IMG/VR virus record: IMGVR_UViG_3300009678_000106
Coordinates: 1-35,086 of that record
DNA length: 35,086 nucleotides
Reading direction: 5' to 3' (one strand)
Source: a virus
Taxonomy: Duplodnaviria; Caudoviricetes
The position numbers and the translations under genes are program-made. A model generated the notes under the pieces. The model did no database searches. It saw nothing but the letters and a program-made list of their open reading frames with translations, and was not told the DNA's origin. Positions 8,363-15,549 of this stretch are shown piece after piece (positions within the stretch are counted from its first letter, which is position 1; every line of letters begins with the position of its first letter).

Positions 8363-8452
8363 TAACGTATCGGGGCTTTGCGTAGTAGCCCTTAGTAGAA
8401 ACTTAAAATTAACCACGACACTTTATAGGGCTATTACGCAAAACCCTTGTTA
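8363..8452. repeat. attC-like hairpin 5 (90 bp)
   Basis: TAACgtatcg GGGCTTTGCGTAGTAGCCCT ... AGGGCTATTACGCAAAACCC ttGTTA. Confidence 0.85.
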
Positions 8453-8473
8453 TGTGCCGTTATTATTCGCAAG

Positions 8474-8680
8474 ATGAAAGCAGAAACAAAAAAGATATTG
8501 AAGGAACAAGGCAAACTTGACCTTTACACAGATGAACGATTTGAGCAGGTTAAAGCCGTAATGAAACACGGAATAACCAAAGACGCTTGGTTGAAAAACT
8601 ATCTGTCATTAGACCCACTAAATAAGGCTCAATGGTGTGCAGACCACTTGGTCAAGTTTGTTGAAGGTGGTCACTTATAA
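8474..8680 (+). CDS. Cassette 5 hypothetical protein (68 aa)
   Basis: ATG 8474 (MKAETKK...) preferred over the TTG inside the hairpin. Confidence 0.7.
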   Translation: MKAETKKILKEQGKLDLYTDERFEQVKAVMKHGITKDAWLKNYLSLDPLNKAQWCADHLVKFVEGGHL

Positions 8681-8687
8681 TTGCACA

Positions 8688-8770
8688 TAACTCAGATATT
8701 GACGCAATGCTCAAAATTAAATATATTTATAAAGCATTGATAATCAATTAAAACTAATTGCGCAAAAACA
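8688..8770. other. Terminal att-like site of the array (attI-like or degenerate sixth site)
   Basis: TAAC closes cassette 5 but is followed by TCAGATATTGACGCAAT instead of the consensus hairpin; ATTGATAATCAAT palindrome at 8736-8748. Confidence 0.5.
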
Positions 8771-8780
8771 AATATTAACT

Positions 8781-8888
8781 ATGAATATATTTTTTACAAT
8801 ACCGGTAATAGCTTTAATTTCAGCTATTGTAATTTACAAACAAGCAAAAAAAGCATATAAAAAACAATCTAAAAAAAATAAATTATGA
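8781..8888 (+). CDS. Small membrane peptide (35 aa)
   Basis: MNIFFTIPVIALISAIVIY followed by a Lys-rich tail; ATGA overlap with next gene. Confidence 0.5.
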   Translation: MNIFFTIPVIALISAIVIYKQAKKAYKKQSKKNKL

Positions 8889-9076
8889 AAATTTCACAAC
8901 TACCAACAGCGATTAGATTAAGAGCTGAAAGATACCAAATAGAGCAAGAAAAAGGAAATGAAAATACTGACTGCCTTATGGATGCTTTTGTATGGGAAGA
9001 AACAAAAGAAGGTCATTTATATTGGGATAACCTTTATAACGCAATTGAATATTTCACACTTGAACGATCAGAGTAA
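8885..9076 (+). CDS. Hypothetical protein
   Basis: ORF; AFVWEETKEGHLYW motif. Confidence 0.7.
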   Translation: MKISQLPTAIRLRAERYQIEQEKGNENTDCLMDAFVWEETKEGHLYWDNLYNAIEYFTLERSE

Positions 9077-9465
9077 TGAAAGAGCCTAAAAGAAACAATA
9101 ATACAATGTCATCTTTTTATAAAAAGGAAATGATATTAAACGCGAATAAGGCTTTTAACGTTGCTAACTGTCTTGAGCCAAACAGCAAGCGTTACAATGT
9201 CGAAACAAGGGCAGCAATAGCTTACTTTTCAAATATGGATAAAGGGCTCACATTACACGCAACAGGTAAAATAATCAATAAAGACCACTCAAACGTTATG
9301 CACTTAAAAAAGTTACACATGAGCCTGTTAAGATTTAACAAAGAATATAAATTGAAATACGACTTATTTATTCAGTCGATGAAAGGAACAACTCAAAACC
9401 GTTGGTTATGTATAGAAACAACTTTTAACATTCAGAGGTATGATAACAGACTTACAGCGTCATAG
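9076..9465 (+). CDS. DnaA domain IV-like helix-turn-helix protein
   Basis: R..IAY....TLHATGKIINKDHSNVMH resembles DnaA SLPEIG..FGGRDHTTVLH. Confidence 0.65.
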   Translation: MKEPKRNNNTMSSFYKKEMILNANKAFNVANCLEPNSKRYNVETRAAIAYFSNMDKGLTLHATGKIINKDHSNVMHLKKLHMSLLRFNKEYKLKYDLFIQSMKGTTQNRWLCIETTFNIQRYDNRLTAS

Positions 9466-9775
9466 GGTAATGATTAAACACGCCAAAGTAGGGAATTGGA
9501 TATTGTGGCAAATAAATCAAAGACAATGGACTCAAAGACATTGGAACGAATTTAACCAAGTTGCATCCGGAGGAACACCGAAACTCTTAAGAGAAGACCC
9601 GAATAAAGATATAATCAAAAAACATAACGATCCAATTGTTTACATCCTAACAAGAGGTAAAGAAGTTTTAGAAGGAACAGCAAAACAATTATCTAAACAA
9701 TTACTTTGTGAGGAATACTCAATCAGAAGGAATGCAGGAAAAATTTATAAAGGTTATTTGATAAGTAAAAAATAA
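9440..9775 (+). CDS. Hypothetical protein, possible C-terminal HTH
   Basis: GTAKQLSKQLLCEEYSIRR segment. Confidence 0.6.
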   Translation: MITDLQRHRVMIKHAKVGNWILWQINQRQWTQRHWNEFNQVASGGTPKLLREDPNKDIIKKHNDPIVYILTRGKEVLEGTAKQLSKQLLCEEYSIRRNAGKIYKGYLISKK

Positions 9776-9801
9776 ACACTATCTTTACAAAAAGATTAAT
9801 A

Positions 9802-9990
9802 ATGAAAAAGACAGTAATAGTAATTGAAAGATATAGTGATTCTCCAGAAGTGTACGGGAACTTTAAACTTGCCTGTGATATATTAGGGCTACCATATCAC
9901 ACTTTGAAAATGCAGAAGTTCCCATTTGAACACGATAATTATTTCATTCACAAAGTAGAAAGAATAACAGGCGACAGCCGGAAAAAGTAA
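9802..9990 (+). CDS. Small hypothetical protein (possibly DNA-binding)
   Basis: VYGNFKLACDILGLPYHTL. Confidence 0.65.
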   Translation: MKKTVIVIERYSDSPEVYGNFKLACDILGLPYHTLKMQKFPFEHDNYFIHKVERITGDSRKK

Positions 9991-9994
9991 AAGT

Positions 9995-10096
9995 ATGAAA
10001 ACTGAATTAGAAGAAAAAAGAGAAAGGCTAAATGATTGGATTAACCAAATGGATGAGGAAGGACTAGACCAATTGATTGAAGAGTATTTAACTTAA
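9995..10096 (+). CDS. Small hypothetical protein (33 aa)
   Basis: MKTELEEKRERLNDW...; fills the intergenic gap. Confidence 0.45.
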   Translation: MKTELEEKRERLNDWINQMDEEGLDQLIEEYLT

Positions 10097-10107
10097 AAAC
10101 AATAATT

Positions 10108-10341
10108 ATGTCAAACAAATTAAACCCTAAAAATGTTTCTGTAATTGACTCAAATAAAATACACGGTCAATCAGCAGAGGCACTACAAAGACAAAAAGCC
10201 TTAAACGCTTTAGAAATAGCTAAGGCTAACGAAATTTATAAACTTGAAAGAGGTTATAAGTACATGACTTTAGGCAAGACCAGTAAGCTAATCGCTCCGA
10301 GAGATTTTGGAATTTATCTAAATGACGGATATAAGTTCTAA
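10108..10341 (+). CDS. Hypothetical protein
   Basis: ORF with A-rich leader. Confidence 0.7.
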   Translation: MSNKLNPKNVSVIDSNKIHGQSAEALQRQKALNALEIAKANEIYKLERGYKYMTLGKTSKLIAPRDFGIYLNDGYKF

Positions 10342-10390
10342 CAGTATGATATATTTAGATGAAGTATTAACCAACGAAACACAAAACATT

Positions 10391-10906
10391 ATGAAAATCA
10401 AAAAAGAATTATTATTAAATAATCCAGATAAGACAGTTAAAGAATTGTTCCCGGAATTGTTTGAAGTTAAGTTAGAAGCGGGTAAGTGGTATAAAAATAA
10501 ACATAGCTTCTTATTTAACTTTGTAGGCAGATATGACGAAGATAAATATCCTCTCGGATATGGAATTGATATGTACGGTAATTGGAGTAGTGATAAAGAT
10601 TATGGATGGGGTACAATCGGTTTAAAAGAAGCGTCAGGAAAAGAAGTCGAAGCCGCTTTAATTGAAGAGGCGAAAAGAAGAGGGTATAAACAATGTTATT
10701 CAGTAGTAATTTCTGATTGGGCTGGGAAATGTGAATTAAATAATAACGGATATGATTTCGATGAGAAAGGGCATTTATGGCTAGGCGATTGTAGAATATT
10801 TGTAGACGGTGTTTGGGCTGAAATAATAAAACAAAAAGAAGTAACAAAAGAAGAAATTGCACAGGCTTTTAATACTACCGTTGGTTTATTGAAAATAATT
10901 GATTAA
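10391..10906 (+). CDS. Hypothetical phage protein (start may be 10322)
   Basis: ATG 10391 has an A-rich leader; Trp/Gly-rich. Confidence 0.7.
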   Translation: MKIKKELLLNNPDKTVKELFPELFEVKLEAGKWYKNKHSFLFNFVGRYDEDKYPLGYGIDMYGNWSSDKDYGWGTIGLKEASGKEVEAALIEEAKRRGYKQCYSVVISDWAGKCELNNNGYDFDEKGHLWLGDCRIFVDGVWAEIIKQKEVTKEEIAQAFNTTVGLLKIID

Positions 10907-10909
10907 ATT

Positions 10910-11137
10910 ATGGAAGCAGGAAACAATTTAATTTGCGATAAATGCAAAACTGTTATATCAAAATCAGGATTTGAAGATTACGACTTTGAACTATCACAAA
11001 TGAAAGGTCAATGGTTTCCTGAATGTTCATTCGGAATAAAAAGAGAAATACACCTTTGTCAAAATTGTTCAGATGGATTAATAAACCTCCTTGAAGATGA
11101 AGGGTATAACATAAACGAAAGCGAATACTCATTTTAA
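10910..11137 (+). CDS. Small zinc-finger protein
   Basis: CDKC...HLCQNC. Confidence 0.7.
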   Translation: MEAGNNLICDKCKTVISKSGFEDYDFELSQMKGQWFPECSFGIKREIHLCQNCSDGLINLLEDEGYNINESEYSF

Positions 11138-11158
11138 AATAATTTTGTATATTTGATT

Positions 11159-11365
11159 ATGAAACGATACATAACCACATTTCAAGCCTTAGACCGGAAC
11201 GACGGAAAAATAAAAACCTTCGTTGGAAATGATGTGTATAGTTCAGACCGGGAAACAGCCGAAACAATGGTTAAAAACAATTTCCCTTACTTAACCATAG
11301 TAGGGGAGTTTGTTTCTGAAGTAGACGAGTTTACAGGTAAAGAATTAGACGTAAGAAAGAATTAA
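11159..11365 (+). CDS. Hypothetical protein
   Basis: MKRYITTFQA...; ATG follows TATATTTG. Confidence 0.65.
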   Translation: MKRYITTFQALDRNDGKIKTFVGNDVYSSDRETAETMVKNNFPYLTIVGEFVSEVDEFTGKELDVRKN

Positions 11366-11366
11366 G

Positions 11367-11465
11367 ATGAAAGAAAGCGAAAAAATATACCAATGTATAG
11401 TTATAGGATATACTGAAACAGGAGAACCGATAAGAAAATTTGTTTGCATAAATGACGATGAATAA
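11367..11465 (+). CDS. Small hypothetical protein (32 aa)
   Basis: MKESEKIYQCIVIG...; TAATG coupling to terS. Confidence 0.4.
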   Translation: MKESEKIYQCIVIGYTETGEPIRKFVCINDDE

Positions 11466-11926
11466 TGGCTAAGAACGGAAACATACACCCTACTAGAAAC
11501 TTTAAAACTCCTGAAGACTTAGAAAAGGCTTTTGAAGAGTATAAAGAACACCTTAAAAAAGAGGCTCTAGAATGGGTTAAAGTTCAGTATGTAGGTGCAG
11601 CAGGAATGAAGAAAGAGGACGCGTTTAAATTACCTTATACTATGGAAGGGTTTTCTGTTTTCTGCTTTAAAAAATACGGAACAATAAAACATTATTTCAA
11701 TAATACAGATGAAATGTATAATGACTTCTGTACTATCTGTTCACATATTAAAGAGGAAATTAGGTCAAATCAGATTACAGGCGGTATGTTAGGACTTTAT
11801 AATCCTTCAATTACTCAGCGATTAAACAACATTAGAGAGAATACCGATATTACCTCAGATGGCAAATCAATACAGTCAATGCCAACATCGATACAAATTG
11901 AAATAACAAAGCCGGATGAAGATTAA
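11465..11926 (+). CDS. terS: Terminase small subunit
   Basis: FKTPEDLEKAFEEY...PYTMEGF...GLYNPSITQRL; overlaps terL start. Confidence 0.8.
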   Translation: MAKNGNIHPTRNFKTPEDLEKAFEEYKEHLKKEALEWVKVQYVGAAGMKKEDAFKLPYTMEGFSVFCFKKYGTIKHYFNNTDEMYNDFCTICSHIKEEIRSNQITGGMLGLYNPSITQRLNNIRENTDITSDGKSIQSMPTSIQIEITKPDED

Positions 11927-13109
11927 AGCTACTCCGGTTTTTGAAAAGAACTGGAACGCTCTTAACAGCGGAAAATATAAGTACATAATAAACTCAGGGT
12001 CTTCACGTAGTTCGAAGACCTTTAGCATTTTACAGATATTTTGGTTATTAGCCTGGACAAAAGAACGGACTAAATTAGCAGTATTCAGAAACACAAAGAA
12101 AGACTGTAAAGACACTATTTTGCAAGATATGTTAAAGTACTATCCAACTTTAGAAAACTATGAACATATACGATTTAATAAGACAGAAAGTATATTTACA
12201 TTCCCAAACGGAAGCACAATCTGCATTGAAGGAACTGACGACGATTTAAAAGTACATGGCTATCATTCGGATTACTTATGGTTCAATGAATTTTATCGTA
12301 TGCCTAAAGAAACATTTGATCAGTTAGACATGAGGTGTTCAGGGACTGTTTTTATGGATTATAACCCTGTTGGAAGGCTTTGGAGTGATGATTTAATAAA
12401 ACAGGATAATGCTATTTTAATTCATTCAACCTTTAAAGACAATCCTTTTTGTCCGGCAGAGCAAAAGAAAAAGATTCTGTCTTACGAACCAACAGAATAT
12501 AACATCCAGCAAATGACTGCTGATAAGTACATGTGGTGCGTATATGGTTTGGGCTTAAAAGCAGAAAAGCCAAATAGGATTTTTAAAGATTGGCAAATAA
12601 TAGACGACGAAGATTTTAAACTATTATCATATCCAAGTTACTACGGTTTGGATTTCGGGGTTTCAGCACCTACCGCATTGATAGAAATGAAAACCGATGG
12701 CGACGGGACTTACTTTTTAAAAGAGTTGCTTTACAAGCCTCTTAATGATATGAAAGGCACATTATCACAAGAACTTGAGGCTTTGGGAGTACCAAAGCAT
12801 ATTGAAATTATTTGCGATTGTGGAAATGAATTAAACGAGTCAGAAACAAGGAAGTTAAAGAATGCAGGATTTAACGCAATCAAAGCGATGAAAGGGCAAG
12901 GTTCAGTCGTTTCGGCAATTGAAACAATGCAAAAGAGTAAAATCTATTATACTAAAAGCAGCTACAGCCTAGAAGAAAACTATGAAAATTACGCTTGGAA
13001 AGTTTATCAGGGCATTCAATTGGATATTCCTGAAGAAACAAGGGAAGATTTAATCGACGCTGCTAAATATGTTATTAAATGGTATTCTAAAACTAGATAT
13101 TTATCGTAA
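11916..13109 (+). CDS. terL: Terminase large subunit (PBSX/SPP1-like)
   Basis: GSSRSSKT Walker A, LWFNE Walker B, DYNP, HSTFKDNPF, YGLDFG nuclease, DLIDAAKY. Confidence 0.92.
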   Translation: MKIKATPVFEKNWNALNSGKYKYIINSGSSRSSKTFSILQIFWLLAWTKERTKLAVFRNTKKDCKDTILQDMLKYYPTLENYEHIRFNKTESIFTFPNGSTICIEGTDDDLKVHGYHSDYLWFNEFYRMPKETFDQLDMRCSGTVFMDYNPVGRLWSDDLIKQDNAILIHSTFKDNPFCPAEQKKKILSYEPTEYNIQQMTADKYMWCVYGLGLKAEKPNRIFKDWQIIDDEDFKLLSYPSYYGLDFGVSAPTALIEMKTDGDGTYFLKELLYKPLNDMKGTLSQELEALGVPKHIEIICDCGNELNESETRKLKNAGFNAIKAMKGQGSVVSAIETMQKSKIYYTKSSYSLEENYENYAWKVYQGIQLDIPEETREDLIDAAKYVIKWYSKTRYLS

Positions 13110-13139
13110 ATTTAAACAATAATTAAAATATAAAATAGC

Positions 13140-13313
13140 GTGAAAGACTTAGAAAAAGACGACTACGGAATTTATGTAAATGCGCCTAATTATGAAAGCG
13201 TAAGGGCTGATATAGTTTTGAATTATGAATTATACTACGATATGTATGTTAAACGAAAAAAAATAAGCAATAAACTTTTGGATGGCTTTTGTTCTATATT
13301 TACAATAAGATAG
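13140..13313 (+). CDS. Small hypothetical protein (57 aa, GTG start)
   Basis: Open frame between terL and portal. Confidence 0.4.
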   Translation: MKDLEKDDYGIYVNAPNYESVRADIVLNYELYYDMYVKRKKISNKLLDGFCSIFTIR

Positions 13314-13378
13314 TTGGATATTAATATTTTTTTATATATTTGTTTATTATTAATGCTGTGAAGCGTGGATATACAGGA

Positions 13379-14590
13379 ATGGAAGTTATAAAATCGATCA
13401 GATTTTTAGGAAAAGAGCTTGTCAGAGTCGAACGAAATCGGTCTGGTGAGCTTTTTTATTCATATATGGAAGGCAACAACTTCCGAAACGATGATAATTA
13501 CTTAGAGTTATCATTAACTAATCCGGTCTTAATGACTGTGATTTTATTGCGTGCAAGGCTTTACTCTCAAATGAAGATTAAGCACGTTGACAAGAACGGT
13601 AAGGAAATCGAAAATAGTCCTTACATAGCTTTATTAAAGCAGCCTAATTACTTTCAATCACAAGAAGACTTTTTATTCCAACAAATGTGGTTTTTATCAG
13701 CAACAGGCAACGACTACATTTACCAAATAAAAGCATTTCAAAACGATACACCTAAATCGTTGTATAACCTTATTCCTTCCGAAATAGACTTTAAAGAAAC
13801 TTACAAGCTGAATAAGTTCGTAGTTACTGAACAGGATAAAAAGAAATTCGGGGATCAAACTATTAAATACAAGTTAGATAAGCAGGAATATAATATTAAG
13901 CTATCCGAACTTATTCCGTTGTATGATATGGCAAACGGATTAACTTGTAATTCTTTTTTTCGTTCAGAAAGCAGAGTAATGGGGTTAACCAAGCCATTGC
14001 AAAACATTGAGGAAAATCTAAAGTCTAAGAATAAGAATTTACAATTTAGTGCTAAGTATATCGGAACTAATAAATCAGATGGGAATGAGGCTTTATTACA
14101 GCCGGAAGACAGAACAGCAATAGAAAAGATTTTAGGCAGTAAAGACGTGCTTACAACAAATAAAAATATTTCATATACTCATTTAGTGAGCGATATGAAA
14201 AGGCTTTATCTTGATGAACAATTTGCCGATGATGCTAATAAGATTGTTTTAGCTTTTGAAATGTCTAAAGACGTAATCAACTACTTTGCCAAAGATTCAA
14301 CATTTGAAAATCAATCGCAAGGTATAATATCTTACATTCAGAATTCAATACAAACGACTGCAAAAAATACAATGAACTCACTTTCTTCACAATGGGGATT
14401 GATTGAGAAAGGAGAAATGTTAGTAGCTAGTTACGACCATTTAGCAGCTATGCAGAGCGTTGTAAATGAAAAGATAAATAGTTTCAAAGCAATGCAGGAA
14501 ACTATTAAAATCGGGTTAGAAAACGGCACGATTACGACATTAGAAGCAATCAAAATGAGCAACGAGTTTAAACTTAAATTAGGGTTATGA
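13379..14590 (+). CDS. Portal protein
   Basis: Follows terL; about 400 aa; LLKQPNYFQSQEDFL...TGNDYIY HK97-type portal motif. Confidence 0.88.
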   Translation: MEVIKSIRFLGKELVRVERNRSGELFYSYMEGNNFRNDDNYLELSLTNPVLMTVILLRARLYSQMKIKHVDKNGKEIENSPYIALLKQPNYFQSQEDFLFQQMWFLSATGNDYIYQIKAFQNDTPKSLYNLIPSEIDFKETYKLNKFVVTEQDKKKFGDQTIKYKLDKQEYNIKLSELIPLYDMANGLTCNSFFRSESRVMGLTKPLQNIEENLKSKNKNLQFSAKYIGTNKSDGNEALLQPEDRTAIEKILGSKDVLTTNKNISYTHLVSDMKRLYLDEQFADDANKIVLAFEMSKDVINYFAKDSTFENQSQGIISYIQNSIQTTAKNTMNSLSSQWGLIEKGEMLVASYDHLAAMQSVVNEKINSFKAMQETIKIGLENGTITTLEAIKMSNEFKLKLGL

Positions 14591-14703
14591 GCACAAAGTT
14601 AACACCCGAAGAAATAAAACGCGAGATTCTAAAAGAAGAGGCGCGTAAACAAAACGAAAAAAAACAAGCGTATATCAATAAAGCTAAAGAAATAAAGAAA
14701 TGA
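14587..14703 (+). CDS. Small charged protein (38 aa)
   Basis: Overlaps both portal stop and next start (ATGA couplings). Confidence 0.5.
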   Translation: MSTKLTPEEIKREILKEEARKQNEKKQAYINKAKEIKK

Positions 14704-15533
14704 TAAAAAGCCATTACTTCCCAGATAAGTCTTTCGAAACAAAAGAAGACTTATTCAAAGAGTTAAAAGAAAACTTGGATTTCTTTATTGATAAGAAAAA
14801 GTCTGAGATACAAAAATCATGTGATAAAGGTACTGCGGTTAGTTGTAAATCTTTGGACTTATTGAAGTTTGAAGACCAATTGAAAGGAATTAAGATTGAC
14901 GACAACTTTTATTACATCGCTGTTAATTCAACTAAAATATTGGATTCCCACGATGATTTGCACGTTGACGGTATTTGGAATAAATCTGTTAAAGAGCAGC
15001 AAGGAAAAGTTTATTTAGTTGCGGACCATGAATTATGTATTGAAAACGTAATTGTACGTAAAGAACATATCGAAATGTTTACCGCCTCAATTCCTTTTTC
15101 GATGTTAGGCAAGCCATACGATGGAAATACGCAAGCATTGATTTACAAGGTAGCTAAAAGCCAGGTTAAGAATGAAATCGTTAAAGAATGGCTAGATAGT
15201 GGGGATTCAATTGAAGCAAGTGTACGTATGCAATATGTAACTATTCTTTTTGCAATGGATTCAAACAATCCGGAAGATGAAACAGAAAAACGCAATTATG
15301 ACGCGTATATCGACACAATAGCCAATAAAAATGAATTCGAGTACATTCCTTACTTCTTTATCATAAAAGAGGCTAAGAACGTAAAAGAAAGTAGTTTAGT
15401 TGTATTTGGAAGCAATCACACAACAGGAGTATTAAACACAAAAGAAGACGAGCCGGACGATAAGCCCACTCCATATAAAGAAGAGCCGGCAACAGAAGCC
15501 ACTCAAACAATCGAACGTAGAAGAAGAAATTAA
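14700..15533 (+). CDS. Prohead protease / scaffold-like protein
   Basis: Between portal and capsid; DSHDD...DH...ASV...ESSLVVFGSN resembles HK97-type protease motifs. Confidence 0.7.
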   Translation: MIKSHYFPDKSFETKEDLFKELKENLDFFIDKKKSEIQKSCDKGTAVSCKSLDLLKFEDQLKGIKIDDNFYYIAVNSTKILDSHDDLHVDGIWNKSVKEQQGKVYLVADHELCIENVIVRKEHIEMFTASIPFSMLGKPYDGNTQALIYKVAKSQVKNEIVKEWLDSGDSIEASVRMQYVTILFAMDSNNPEDETEKRNYDAYIDTIANKNEFEYIPYFFIIKEAKNVKESSLVVFGSNHTTGVLNTKEDEPDDKPTPYKEEPATEATQTIERRRRN

Positions 15534-15549
15534 TTAAAAAATTAAAAAG

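Larger units (their letters stand above)
6268..8691. mobile_element. Integron-like gene-cassette array (5 cassettes, no integrase in window)
   Basis: Five related TAAC...GTTA imperfect palindromes alternate with short ORFs; cassette-specific terminal complementarity. Confidence 0.85.

Noticed and set aside
6268-8452. Hairpins as ordinary rho-independent terminators
   Set aside because: No U-tract directly after the stems, very long loops, and termination cannot explain the TAAC/GTTA cores or cassette-specific end complementarity
6268-8691. CRISPR array or simple repeat interpretation of the recurring elements
   Set aside because: Elements are 75-130 bp, differ in sequence, conserve only structure and ends, and are separated by whole genes
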